Program-made: the position numbers and the translations under genes
From: Candidatus Magasanikiibacteriota bacterium
GTDB taxonomy: Bacteria > Patescibacteriota > Patescibacteriia > Magasanikbacterales > GWA2-37-8
Assembly: GCA_041666745.1 (NCBI GenBank)
Contig: JBAYGI010000001.1
Location: 6,447-70,446, forward strand
Reading direction: 5' to 3'
Length of the DNA stretch: 64,000 nucleotides
In this document: positions 8,372 through 17,969 of the stretch, piece after piece
Layout: every line of letters begins with the position of its first letter
Position numbering within the stretch: position 1 is the first letter of the stretch
The notes under the pieces: model-generated
What the model was told of the DNA's origin: nothing
The model's database searches: none
The model's input: the letters and a program-made list of their open reading frames with translations, nothing else

Positions 8372-9425
8372 TGGAAGATTCTTTGTAGTCTTCTTCGCGC
8401 AAGGCCAAAATTATCGGCTCCAACTCGCCGTCTAAAATAGTGTTGATGTTATTCCAGTTTTGGTGAATGCGATGATCGGTAATACGATCTTGAGGAAAAT
8501 TGTAAGTACGGATTTTTTCACTACGGTCGCCACTGCCAATTTGTGATTTGCGTTTTTCAGACATTTCTTTCTCGTGTTTTTCTTTTTCTATTTCATAAAG
8601 ACGTGAGCGCAAAACTTTCATCGCTTTATCTTTGTTGGCCATCTGCGAACGCTCATCTTGGCATTGTACGATCAATCCGGTGGGAACGTGGATGATACGC
8701 ACGGCTGAATAGGTGGTGTTTACACTTTGACCACCATGACCACCGGCACAAAAAGTATCGATGCGTAAATCTTTTGGTTCGATTTTAAATTCCACTTCGT
8801 CAATTTCCGGCATGACAGCGACGGTGGTAGTGGAGGTATGGATGCGTCCGGCTTTTTCAGTATCCGGTACGCGTTGAACACGATGTACACCCATTTCGTA
8901 TTTTAAATCTTTATATACATTTTTTCCTTTGATTGAAAAAATAATTTCTTTGTAACCGCCGATTTCAATTCGGTTGGCATCGATGACATCTACTTTCCAA
9001 TTTTTTCTTTCGGCATAGCGTGAATACATGCGAAATAATTCCGCCGCAAATAATGCCGATTCATCACCACCAACGCCGGCACGGATTTCCACAATGACAT
9101 CTTTTTTGTCCATTGGGTCACGGGGGCGGGTGAGTTCGGATAACTCATTTTCCAGAGCGGATATTTTGGTTTTTAATTCCTCGATTTCGGTTTGGGTAAG
9201 TTGTTTCATTTCTTCGTCAGTTTCGGTTTTCAACATTTCTTGTGATTGAATCAAACTATTTTCACATTTTTCCAATTCGAAAATCTGATCTTTGATTGTT
9301 TGTAACTCGTTGTATTCTTGTGACACTTCTTTTAATTTTTTGGAATCATTAAGAACGGCCTGATCTTGCAAATCCGCTTCCAGTTTTAAGTATTTATTTT
9401 TTATATCAATGTATTTTTGAATCAT
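8364..9425 (-). CDS. prfA: peptide chain release factor 1
   Basis: GGQ motif ([14 protein letters not shown]). RF1-type domain [19 protein letters not shown], with PDT at the PxT position. Confidence 0.9.
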   Translation of the reverse strand: MIQKYIDIKNKYLKLEADLQDQAVLNDSKKLKEVSQEYNELQTIKDQIFELEKCENSLIQSQEMLKTETDEEMKQLTQTEIEELKTKISALENELSELTRPRDPMDKKDVIVEIRAGVGGDESALFAAELFRMYSRYAERKNWKVDVIDANRIEIGGYKEIIFSIKGKNVYKDLKYEMGVHRVQRVPDTEKAGRIHTSTTTVAVMPEIDEVEFKIEPKDLRIDTFCAGGHGGQSVNTTYSAVRIIHVPTGLIVQCQDERSQMANKDKAMKVLRSRLYEIEKEKHEKEMSEKRKSQIGSGDRSEKIRTYNFPQDRITDHRIHQNWNNINTILDGELEPIILALREEDYKESSNV

Positions 9426-9442
9426 ATCTTATCTATAGTATA

Positions 9443-9490
9443 TTAAAAAAACAGACCAAAAGCAAAAAGCTCAAAATGGTCTGTTTTAGA
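9443..9490 (-). terminator. terminator downstream of rpmE
   Basis: aacagacca/tggtctgtt stem with T/A runs on both sides. Confidence 0.6.
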
Positions 9491-9494
9491 ATAG

Positions 9495-9791
9495 CTAAGC
9501 CTTGGCTGCTTTTTTGGCAACTTTCTTTGCGGCAGAAACAGCTTTCTTTGCTTTCTTGCCTTTGCGAACGGCGGCAGCAGCAGAAACGCGAGATGCTTTT
9601 TCTTGGAATTTCTCTACACGGCGAGCAGTGTCAACAAACTTTTGTTTGCCGGTATAAAAAGGATGACATTGGTTGCACAATTCTACGCGGATTTCTTTCA
9701 TAGTAGAACCGGTGGTAAAAGTTTTGCCACAAGCGCAGGTTACTACGCAGTCTTCGTTGTATTCTGGGTGAATTTTCTTTTTCATATACAC
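9495..9791 (-). CDS. rpmE: 50S ribosomal protein L31 with Ala/Lys-rich C-terminal tail
   Basis: [49 protein letters not shown]. The true start is probably the second Met at 9785. Confidence 0.9.
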   Translation of the reverse strand: MYMKKKIHPEYNEDCVVTCACGKTFTTGSTMKEIRVELCNQCHPFYTGKQKFVDTARRVEKFQEKASRVSAAAAVRKGKKAKKAVSAAKKVAKKAAKA

Positions 9792-9853
9792 TATTTTGGA
9801 TGTTTTTAGTTAATGGCTAAAATTATAGCAGATTATGATAAAAAGTCAATACC

Positions 9854-9882
9854 TTGACATTTTTGGCAAGATTAGATATAAT
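9854..9882 (+). promoter_or_regulatory. consensus sigma70-type promoter for rpsB-tsf
   Basis: TTGACA (9854-9859), 17-nt spacer, TATAAT (9877-9882). Confidence 0.7.
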
Positions 9883-9900
9883 CCGAACATCTTTTTAATC

Positions 9901-9993
9901 ACTCATTCGCTCATTTTTTTTCCTCCCCCGACCACTCGGTGGGTGAGAGCGAAGAGGTAATAATATCCCGATTAATCGGGATGAAAAGGAAAT
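9901..9993 (+). promoter_or_regulatory. structured rpsB 5' leader (possible S2 autoregulatory element)
   Basis: ttcgctca...tgagagcgaa pairing, a ccac-tcg-gtgg hairpin and a perfect palindrome atcccgatt/aatcgggat, all immediately before the rpsB ATG. Confidence 0.4.
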
Positions 9994-10845
9994 ATGACAC
10001 AAATCCCATCAATGATGGACATGCTCAAGTCAGGTATGCACTTTGGGCATCAGAAATCTCGTTGGCACCCGAAAATGAAGCCATATATTTTTGGCGTTCG
10101 TAATGGTGTGCACATTTTGGACCTAGATCGTACCGTAGAACAGTTGCAGAAAGCCTTGGAATATGTCAAAGGTTTGGCGGCAACTGGTAAAGTAGTTTTG
10201 TTTGTTGGAACCAAACGTCAAGCTCAACCTTTGGTAAAGGTGGCCGCTGAAAGTTGTGGTATGCCATTTTTGACCGAACGTTGGATCGGTGGTTTGCTTA
10301 CAAACTTTGACGAAACCAAACGTCGTATCAAGAAATATAAAGATTTAAAACAACAGATTGCCAGTGGTGAAATTGAAAAATATACCAAAAAAGAACAATT
10401 GAATATTGTAAAATCCGTAGCCAAGATGGATAGATATTTGTTTGGTTTAAATAATTTTGAAAAAATGCCAGACGCCATGTTTGTAATAGATATGCGCGTT
10501 TGTAAAACTGCCGTGAACGAAGCTTTGCGCACCAACGTTCCAATTATTGGCGTGTGTGATTCCAATGTCAATCCGGATCAAGCTGAATTTGTTATTCCAG
10601 CCAATGATGATGCTGTGAATTCAATCAAAACTATTTCCAATCTTATCGCCGAAGCTATCAATGAAGGCAAGGCTGATTGGGAAAAGAACAAAGCAGTAAT
10701 GGAAAAAGAAAATAAAAAAGTGGAAGTAAAACACGTTGCTTTTGAAGAAAAGAATTCGGCCGGAAAATCTTCCTTGGTAAAGGCCACCGCCGCTAAGACT
10801 GTTAAAAAAGAACGTCGCGCGATGACCAAAGAATCTAGTATCTAA
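9994..10845 (+). CDS. rpsB: 30S ribosomal protein S2
   Basis: MLKSGMHFGHQKSRWHPKMKPYIFGVRNGVHILDL. Confidence 0.95.
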   Translation: MTQIPSMMDMLKSGMHFGHQKSRWHPKMKPYIFGVRNGVHILDLDRTVEQLQKALEYVKGLAATGKVVLFVGTKRQAQPLVKVAAESCGMPFLTERWIGGLLTNFDETKRRIKKYKDLKQQIASGEIEKYTKKEQLNIVKSVAKMDRYLFGLNNFEKMPDAMFVIDMRVCKTAVNEALRTNVPIIGVCDSNVNPDQAEFVIPANDDAVNSIKTISNLIAEAINEGKADWEKNKAVMEKENKKVEVKHVAFEEKNSAGKSSLVKATAAKTVKKERRAMTKESSI

Positions 10846-10850
10846 ATTAT

Positions 10851-10876
10851 TTGTCATTCCCCTGAAAAGGGGAATC
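10851..10876. repeat. palindromic element (intergenic rpsB-tsf)
   Basis: ttgtcattcccctgaaaaggggaatc. Confidence 0.7.
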
Positions 10877-10890
10877 TAAATTATAATTAT

Positions 10891-11766
10891 ATGGCAATAA
10901 CAGCAGGGGATATCGCCAAATTACGTGCTTCCACTGGGGCGGGGATGATGGATTGTAAAAACGCACTCACTGAAGCGCAAGGTGATATGGAAAAAGCTAC
11001 TGACCTTTTACGCAAAAAAGGTATTTTAAAGGCGGCCAAACGCGCCGACAAAGTTGCTAGTGAAGGCGTGGTCGTTGCTTATTTGAGCGCCGATAGTAAG
11101 ATCGGAGCTTTGGTGGAAGTAAATTGTGAAACAGATTTTGTATCCGGTAGTGAAGGTTTTGTGCAATTTGCCAACAGTATAGTTGAAGCGGTAGCCAAAG
11201 AAAATCCGGCTGATGAAACCGCGTTGCAATCAGTAAAATTATCTTCCGGTGAAACTGTAGAAGCAGTCATCAATGAACTGGGATTGAAATTGGGAGAAAA
11301 AATTTCTATTCGTCGTTTTGTTCGTTATCAAACCGATGGTTTGGTGGCAACTTATTTGCATGGTAAAAAAATCGGTATTATATTGGAATTGATCGGTGGT
11401 AATGCCACCGTTGGTACTGATGTAGCTATGCATATTGCCGCGACCAACCCAAGATGTGTTGATCGAACTTCTATTGACCCTGCTTTGGTGGCCAAAGAAA
11501 GAGAAATATATATTGACCAATTAAAACAACAAGGCAAACCGGAAAACATGATTGAAAATATCCTTAAAGGTAAATTGGATAAATATTATGCCGAGGTTTG
11601 TTTGGTAGAACAACCATTTATCAAAAACGAAGAAATAAAAGTAGAAAAATTGTTGGCTGATAATGGTGCCAAATTGGTGCGTTTCACTCGTTTTGAACTA
11701 GGTGAAGGCATCGAAAAGGTAGTCAAGAATTTTGCTGATGAAGTAGCCGAGCAAATGGGCGCATAA
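10891..11766 (+). CDS. tsf: elongation factor Ts
   Basis: ITAGDIAKLRASTGAGMMDCKNALTEAQGDMEKA. Confidence 0.95.
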   Translation: MAITAGDIAKLRASTGAGMMDCKNALTEAQGDMEKATDLLRKKGILKAAKRADKVASEGVVVAYLSADSKIGALVEVNCETDFVSGSEGFVQFANSIVEAVAKENPADETALQSVKLSSGETVEAVINELGLKLGEKISIRRFVRYQTDGLVATYLHGKKIGIILELIGGNATVGTDVAMHIAATNPRCVDRTSIDPALVAKEREIYIDQLKQQGKPENMIENILKGKLDKYYAEVCLVEQPFIKNEEIKVEKLLADNGAKLVRFTRFELGEGIEKVVKNFADEVAEQMGA

Positions 11767-11877
11767 AAATGAAATATATAGATCAAAAAATACCGACAAT
11801 TATTGTCGGTATTTTTTTTAGTTATTGCGTTATTCATATATTTAATGTAGAATTAAGCGGTTAAATAATCATTTTTT

Positions 11878-13050
11878 ATGAACAAACTTACTGTTTTAAA
11901 CAAGCGAATCGGTCCTGTGCGTGGGCGACATCCGTGGGTATTTTCCGGAGCGTTGGTAAAAATTCCTGATGGGATCAAAAGTGGTACGGCTATCAAGCTT
12001 TATGATGAAGCGGATAATTTTTTGGCACAGGGGTATTTCAATTCCTATTCGCAAATTGCGGTGCGGTTGTGGGGATGGGAGGAAAACGAAGAAGTCGATG
12101 AAGAATTTTTTGTAAAAAGAATTGAAGATGCTTTGTTGGTGCGTGAAAATTTTGTGGAAAATAAAACCACGAATTCTTTTCGCGTGGTTGGTAGTGAAAA
12201 TGATTTACTTCCCGGTTTGGTGGTAGATAAATACAGTGATTATTTGGTAGTCCAGTTTCACAATCAAGGTATTGCCGCTTGGAAAAAAGAAATTGTGTCG
12301 GCATTAAATAAAGTTTTGAAACCAAAAGGAATTTACGAGCGCAGTGATGTTGGTAATCGCGAAAAAGAAGGTGGAGTGAGTGTCGGTATTTTATCTGGCA
12401 AAGTCCCAGAACAAGTAGAAATATTAGAAAACGGCTATAAATTTTTGGTAGATATCGCCAAAGGACAAAAAACTGGTTTCTTTTTGGATCAACGAGACAA
12501 ACGCAACGCTCTGCAAAAATATTGCAAAGGTAAAAAAGTTTTAAATTGTTTTTCTTACACCGGCGGGTTTAGTGTGTACGCGCTCGGAGCTGGAGCGAAA
12601 AAAGTGGTGAGTGTGGATTCTTCGCAGGGTGCATTGGATATGGCAGAAAAAAATGTGAAGTTAAACAAAATGGACGCGAAGAAATGTGAATTTGTTTGTG
12701 AAGATGTAAAACAGTATTTACAATCCGAATCATTGGATTTTGATGTCATTATTTTAGATCCGCCGGCATTTGTGAAAGATCGCCATAGAGTTCACGAAGG
12801 TTTGCAGGGTTACCGCAAGATAAATGAATCGGCGATGCGACTTTTGCCAAAAAATGGCATTTTGGTGTCGGCTTCTTGTTCGCAACATGTGTCCATGGTG
12901 GATTTCCGTCACATGCTTTCCGAGGCCGCTGGCCGAGCTGGGCGTACAGTGCAGATACTTGAGATCTATACCCATGGCATTGACCACCCGGAATTGGTGG
13001 CGTTTACCGAAGGTGAATATCTCAAGTGTGTGTTTGCAATCGTTCGGTAA
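11878..13050 (+). CDS. rlmI: PUA-domain class I SAM-dependent rRNA methyltransferase (RlmI-like)
   Basis: N-terminal PUA-like region, then LNCFSYTGGFSVYA and DPPAF motifs. Confidence 0.75.
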   Translation: MNKLTVLNKRIGPVRGRHPWVFSGALVKIPDGIKSGTAIKLYDEADNFLAQGYFNSYSQIAVRLWGWEENEEVDEEFFVKRIEDALLVRENFVENKTTNSFRVVGSENDLLPGLVVDKYSDYLVVQFHNQGIAAWKKEIVSALNKVLKPKGIYERSDVGNREKEGGVSVGILSGKVPEQVEILENGYKFLVDIAKGQKTGFFLDQRDKRNALQKYCKGKKVLNCFSYTGGFSVYALGAGAKKVVSVDSSQGALDMAEKNVKLNKMDAKKCEFVCEDVKQYLQSESLDFDVIILDPPAFVKDRHRVHEGLQGYRKINESAMRLLPKNGILVSASCSQHVSMVDFRHMLSEAAGRAGRTVQILEIYTHGIDHPELVAFTEGEYLKCVFAIVR

Positions 13051-13064
13051 AAAGTATATAATGA

Positions 13065-13385
13065 ATGTATAGATTTATGAATAAAAAAATACTAGGCCGT
13101 TCATTATTGCACGCCTTTTTGGCAGTTGTGTATGTTTTTTTGATAGGCATGCTGATGAGGAATGGTGAAAAAATATTTGGCAATGATTCAAAGCTTTTGG
13201 GCACGATGTCTTTTTTGCTTTTGTTTGTTATCTCCGCCACGGTGATGGGGTTTTTGGTTTTGGGCAAGCCGATTTTAATGTATTTGGAAAATAAAAAGAA
13301 AGAAGCGTTGTGGATGTTTTTTGGTACGCTGGGGTGGTTGGTGGTATTTTTGATATTAGTGGTGGTGGGAAATATTATTTTTTAA
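13065..13385 (+). CDS. small membrane protein, hypothetical
   Basis: Three predicted hydrophobic helices. Confidence 0.45.
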   Translation: MYRFMNKKILGRSLLHAFLAVVYVFLIGMLMRNGEKIFGNDSKLLGTMSFLLLFVISATVMGFLVLGKPILMYLENKKKEALWMFFGTLGWLVVFLILVVVGNIIF

Positions 13386-13477
13386 TTTTATGAAAGAGAG
13401 AGATATTACATGCACAACCAGAATTTGCTGTTGCCGACAAAGAAAAGGTAGACGAAGCGTATAGAAATTTAAAGAGA

Positions 13478-13759
13478 TTGTTTGATGGTGTTAAATTGGA
13501 AATAACAATGAGAGATGCTGCGTGTTTGCGAGAAAAAATTAAGGATGTTATTTTGGCTAATAAAGCAACAAAAGAACAACAAGGTGAAGAGTACCAAGAA
13601 GTTTTGGGGGAATCTGTAGCTCGTTGGTTATGGGAAATTTATGGGTTAGACAGAGATCATCTATCAATGTTTGATGTAATGATTCCTCATCGCGAACGTG
13701 ATTGGAAGGCGTTGAATGATTATTTAAAAATGTTACGTAGTGAACAAGAGAAAATTTAA
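13478..13759 (+). CDS. hypothetical small protein
   Basis: ORF with TTG start at 13478; the first ATG is at 13508. No motif. Confidence 0.35.
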   Translation: MFDGVKLEITMRDAACLREKIKDVILANKATKEQQGEEYQEVLGESVARWLWEIYGLDRDHLSMFDVMIPHRERDWKALNDYLKMLRSEQEKI

Positions 13760-13795
13760 AAATTATTTTTTAAAATAATTTAAAATTATACGAAT

Positions 13796-14791
13796 ATGAA
13801 CATAGCTATCAACGGCTTCGGCCGTATCGGCCGTCACGCGTTTAAAGCCGCGTTTGAAAAAAAGAATATTAATATTGTCGGTATCAATGATTTGACCGAT
13901 ACCAAGACCCTAGCGCATCTTTTGAAATATGACACCGCTTATCGCGCGTATCATTTGGATGTTGGTTTTGATGAGAAAAATTTAATTGTTAAAGGCAAAA
14001 AAATTCCGGTGTTCGCGGAAAAAGACCCAAGCGCTTTGCCGTGGGGGAAATTAAAAGTGGATGTGGTGTTGGAATGTACCGGCCGTTTCACAGATAAAGC
14101 CGGCGCCGAATTACATGTAAAAGCAGGTGCGAAAAAAGTAATTATTTCCGCTCCAGCCAAAGGCACGGATATTCCAACTTATGTGCGCGCGGTGAATTGT
14201 GGAAAAGTTGGTAAAGAAAAATCTTTGGTGATAAACAATGCTTCTTGTACTACCAATTGTATCGCGCCAGTGATGGCCGTGCTCGAAGAAAAATTTGGTA
14301 TTGCCAAAGCGATGTTAAATACCATCCATGCCTATACCGCCGACCAAAATATTCAAGATGGACCGCACAAAGATTTGCGTCGTGGTAGAGCGGCTGCGGA
14401 AAATATTACTCCGACTTCCACTGGCGCTGCCAAAGCGGTGGGCGAGGTGATGCCAAGTGTGATTGGTAAATTTGATGGCCTCGCGATTCGTGTACCGGTG
14501 GTTACAGTTTCGCTTTCAGATATTACCGTGGTTCTAAAAAAGAAAGTGACCAAAGAAGAAGTAAATAAAGCGTTTGTGTCTGCCAGCCAGACTGCGCGTT
14601 TTGCCGGAGTTTTGGCAGTAACCGATGAGCCATTGGTTTCTACAGATTTTATCGGCAACACCAATTCCGCCACAGTAGATTTATCCTTGACCAATGTGGT
14701 GGATGGAGATTTGGTAAAAGTTATCGCTTGGTATGATAATGAATACGGCTATGCCCATCGTTTGGTGGAGATGGCGGAGTTGTTTGCTTAA
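13796..14791 (+). CDS. gap: glyceraldehyde-3-phosphate dehydrogenase
   Basis: INGFGRIGR and the catalytic SCTTNC motif. Confidence 0.95.
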   Translation: MNIAINGFGRIGRHAFKAAFEKKNINIVGINDLTDTKTLAHLLKYDTAYRAYHLDVGFDEKNLIVKGKKIPVFAEKDPSALPWGKLKVDVVLECTGRFTDKAGAELHVKAGAKKVIISAPAKGTDIPTYVRAVNCGKVGKEKSLVINNASCTTNCIAPVMAVLEEKFGIAKAMLNTIHAYTADQNIQDGPHKDLRRGRAAAENITPTSTGAAKAVGEVMPSVIGKFDGLAIRVPVVTVSLSDITVVLKKKVTKEEVNKAFVSASQTARFAGVLAVTDEPLVSTDFIGNTNSATVDLSLTNVVDGDLVKVIAWYDNEYGYAHRLVEMAELFA

Positions 14792-15200
14792 AATATGTCA
14801 GATAAACCAAAATTTAATCCAGAAGCGGAAAAACAAGAGAGAGAATAACGGGAAAAAAGAAGTAAAACCAGAGTGGAAGGCGGATTATGATTTTGCTCTA
14901 AAGAGAATAAGAAGTTTGACGGGTTTGACTTTGACTAATTTAGAAAAACGCGAATTACAAGAAAAAGTGAAGGTCGCTATGGAAGTACAAAAAAATACAC
15001 AAAATAAGCGGAACCAATTTTCAATTGGAAACGAAGCGGCCGTATGGTTTATAAAGGAAAATTATGGAGTTGACTGTACAGATCAGGAGACAATTAGTAT
15101 GTTATCGGATATTGATTATGAATATGGGGAAAAGGGTGGCAAAGAAATATTAAAAGATGTATGGTTCAAAAGAAAACAAGAAGAAAAACATAAACCGTAA
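14733..15200 (+). CDS. hypothetical protein (5' end uncertain)
   Basis: The ORF-track start overlaps gap in another frame and there is no in-frame ATG before MEVQ (about 14970). The true start is probably downstream or non-ATG. Confidence 0.3.
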   Translation: MIMNTAMPIVWWRWRSCLLKICQINQNLIQKRKNKRENNGKKEVKPEWKADYDFALKRIRSLTGLTLTNLEKRELQEKVKVAMEVQKNTQNKRNQFSIGNEAAVWFIKENYGVDCTDQETISMLSDIDYEYGEKGGKEILKDVWFKRKQEEKHKP

Positions 15201-15203
15201 AAT

Positions 15204-15557
15204 ATGTCAGAAATTAAAATTTTTACAGATAAAATACCTTTTTCTGAAATTAAGCGTTTGGCGGATTTGCGTTTTGGAGATATGGTAAAAGGTGTTGTTG
15301 ATATTGAAAATGGCAAAATTGCGCTTGGAGGAGAATTACATGCTGATGAAGAAGCCGAATTATTAAACGAAGGTTCTGAACAGGAAAATTTGTGGGGAAT
15401 AAATATTTATCCTGATATAAAATTTCCGGATAATATAGAATTTGATTCCATGATTAATATCCGCCCCAGACAAAATAATCGTTCACGCGCAATAGAAAGT
15501 GAAGAAGTTAAAAATAAAATTTTGGAAATTTTGAAAGACAGAATTGTATATGAATAA
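15204..15557 (+). CDS. hypothetical small protein
   Basis: 117 aa. Its stop overlaps the next ORF by 14 nt. Confidence 0.45.
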   Translation: MSEIKIFTDKIPFSEIKRLADLRFGDMVKGVVDIENGKIALGGELHADEEAELLNEGSEQENLWGINIYPDIKFPDNIEFDSMINIRPRQNNRSRAIESEEVKNKILEILKDRIVYE

Positions 15558-15885
15558 TGCAATACATACGGATTTGGCCGCTGGTAAATGGTTTGCGATG
15601 AGTTTTGCAGAACAAATGGGAAATGTGGGTAGTGAAGTGGGACGAGCTGGTAACTGGCAGAAAAAAGGCCAGACAGAAATGAGTGGGAAAGCATTGGATA
15701 GAGCGTTTGACTTATTGGATTTGACCATTGCGGATAATCGTTGGAATACAGCACGCAAAGAATTGTGTCGCGCGCGTGAGGTTCTGGCGGATACTTTTTT
15801 GGGAGATAAAATATATGGCGATACTCCGGAAAAATTAGAAAAATATTTTTTTCAATTTGCCTTAGTGGCGAGAAATAATAAATAA
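15544..15885 (+). CDS. hypothetical small protein
   Basis: 113 aa. Overlaps the previous ORF, suggesting translational coupling. Confidence 0.45.
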   Translation: MYMNNAIHTDLAAGKWFAMSFAEQMGNVGSEVGRAGNWQKKGQTEMSGKALDRAFDLLDLTIADNRWNTARKELCRAREVLADTFLGDKIYGDTPEKLEKYFFQFALVARNNK

Positions 15886-15888
15886 AAT

Positions 15889-17238
15889 ATGCGTACACTA
15901 AACATAGAAACAGCGGAAAAGGTGGGACAAGAGGTGACTTTAAAAGGGTGGGTGAATGCTCGGCGTAATATGGGCAAGATTGTGTTTTTGGACATGCGCG
16001 ATCGCAGTGGAATTTTGCAAGTGGTGGGTGTGCCAAGCGAGTTGGATGAAAAATCTTTGGAATTTTTAAAAGAAGTGCGACCGGAATGGGTGGTGGAAAT
16101 TCGCGGTGTGGTAAACGCGCGCGGAGCAAAACAACAAAATCCAAATATGCCAACCGGTATGGTAGAAGTGTTGGCAAAAGAAATAACTGTGTTGGCCAAG
16201 GCCGAACCGTTGCCACTGGATTTGGAAGATGAAAAAATCGGGTTGGATGTGCATTTGGATTATTTGCCTTTAACTTTGCGTTCCGAAAAATATCGCGCTC
16301 TATTTAAAATCCAAGCGGAAATGGTCAAATCTTTTCGTAGTTATTTGGACGGTCAAGGATTTACCGAGATCCAAGCTCCAAAAATCGTGGCCGCTTCGGC
16401 CGAAGGTGGGGCCGATGTGTTTGATGTAAAATATTTAAAAAACAAAGCGACACTGGCTCAAAGTCCACAGTTTTACAAACAGATTATGGTCGGTATTTTT
16501 GAAAGAGTTTACGCTGTTGGTAATTGTTTTCGCGCTGAACAGCACGCCACTACCCGCCATCTGAATGAGTTTACCGGTTTGGATTTGGAAATGGGCATGA
16601 TCAAAGATCACCATGATGTAATGGATTTGGAAATGGAAATGTTGAGATATATTTTGGATCATTTGGACAAAACAGTTTCAGCGGAATTAAAATTATGGAA
16701 TTATGTCCGTCCGGAAATTCCAGCCAAAGTTCCTTTTTTCAAATTGCGTGAGGTGCAACAATTGATCAAAGAAAAAACCGGTGTTGACCACACCACCGAA
16801 CCGGACTTGGAACCAAGCGAAGAAAAATGGATTGGTGAATATGCCAAAAAAGAATTGAATTCAGATTTTGTTTTTGTTACCCATTACCCGACTTCCAAGC
16901 GTCCGATGTATACATATCCCGACGAAGAGAATCCGGAATTTACCAAAAGTTTTGATCTGCTATTTAGAGGAATTGAAATTACTTCCGGCGGTCAGCGTTT
17001 TAATGATTATGATGCGTTGGTAAAAAGTATGGAAAACAAAGGATTGAATCCGGATGATTTTAAATTTTATTTGGAAGCATTTAAATACGGCATGCCTCCG
17101 GAGGGTGGGCTCGGACTTGGTTTGGAACGCTTGCTCGCCAGATTGCTGGAGATAGAAAATGTTAGATACACAACACTATTTCCACGTGATTTGAACCGTA
17201 TTGATTTACAAATTTCTCCACCGGAGTACAAACAATAA
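15889..17238 (+). CDS. aspS: class IIb aspartyl(/asparaginyl)-tRNA synthetase, compact archaeal-type
   Basis: OB-fold N-terminus. Motif 2 FRAEQHATTRHLNEFTGLDLEM. Motif 3 GGLGLGLERLL. Confidence 0.85.
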   Translation: MRTLNIETAEKVGQEVTLKGWVNARRNMGKIVFLDMRDRSGILQVVGVPSELDEKSLEFLKEVRPEWVVEIRGVVNARGAKQQNPNMPTGMVEVLAKEITVLAKAEPLPLDLEDEKIGLDVHLDYLPLTLRSEKYRALFKIQAEMVKSFRSYLDGQGFTEIQAPKIVAASAEGGADVFDVKYLKNKATLAQSPQFYKQIMVGIFERVYAVGNCFRAEQHATTRHLNEFTGLDLEMGMIKDHHDVMDLEMEMLRYILDHLDKTVSAELKLWNYVRPEIPAKVPFFKLREVQQLIKEKTGVDHTTEPDLEPSEEKWIGEYAKKELNSDFVFVTHYPTSKRPMYTYPDEENPEFTKSFDLLFRGIEITSGGQRFNDYDALVKSMENKGLNPDDFKFYLEAFKYGMPPEGGLGLGLERLLARLLEIENVRYTTLFPRDLNRIDLQISPPEYKQ

Positions 17239-17241
17239 AAA

Positions 17242-17964
17242 ATGACACCAGATATTAAATTGGAAAAGTTTCAGGGTCCGCTTGATTTACTTCTGCAATT
17301 AATCGAGTTGGAAAAACTGAATATTACCGAAGTTTCGTTATCGCAAATTACTGAACAATTTTTGAAGTTTTTGGACAAAATGTCCGCCAAAGGCGGATCC
17401 GCTTATGGCGGAGAGGACAATAATGCGGAGGAGTTGGCGGATTTTTTGGTGATTGCGACTAAACTGGTATATTTGAAATCTCGCACTTTGTTGCCATATT
17501 TATATCCGGAAGAAGATGAGGGGCCAAGTTTGGCTGACCAGCTCAAGATGTATCAACAATATATTTTGGCCAGTAAAAAAATTAATATTTTGTGGAGTCA
17601 AAATCGGATTGCCTATGGTCGGGTAGAACCACCGGTTAAAAATACTGAATTCGTTTTGCCACTCAATGCTCACAGCGAAGATTTGTTGAAATCAATGCAA
17701 AAGTTGGTATCGCGACTTCGATCTATAAACCCCTTGCCAAAAATTACGATTGATCGAGCGGTTTCGATAAAACAAAAAGTAGAATCAATTTGGAATGCTT
17801 TGAAACAGCATAAAAAAATAAATTTTAGAGATTTATTGGCTAGCGCGGAAAATAAAACTGAAATCATTGTTAGTTTTTTGGCTCTGCTTGAATTGATGCG
17901 TGATCAAAAAGCGTTTATCAACCAAGACAGCGCGTTTGGTAATATGGAGGTAAATTTAATTTAG
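17242..17964 (+). CDS. scpA: segregation and condensation protein A
   Basis: FQGPLDLLLQLIELEKLNITEVSLSQITEQFL. Confidence 0.85.
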   Translation: MTPDIKLEKFQGPLDLLLQLIELEKLNITEVSLSQITEQFLKFLDKMSAKGGSAYGGEDNNAEELADFLVIATKLVYLKSRTLLPYLYPEEDEGPSLADQLKMYQQYILASKKINILWSQNRIAYGRVEPPVKNTEFVLPLNAHSEDLLKSMQKLVSRLRSINPLPKITIDRAVSIKQKVESIWNALKQHKKINFRDLLASAENKTEIIVSFLALLELMRDQKAFINQDSAFGNMEVNLI

Positions 17965-17969
17965 TATAT

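Noticed and set aside
9476-9809. Plus-strand ORFs 9476-9703 and 9603-9809
   Set aside because: Antisense to the clearly identified rpmE (L31).
15407-16216. 269-aa minus-strand ORF
   Set aside because: It lies wholly antisense to the well-supported aspS and two small plus-strand genes. Its low-complexity Pro/Leu-rich translation is typical of an antisense artefact.
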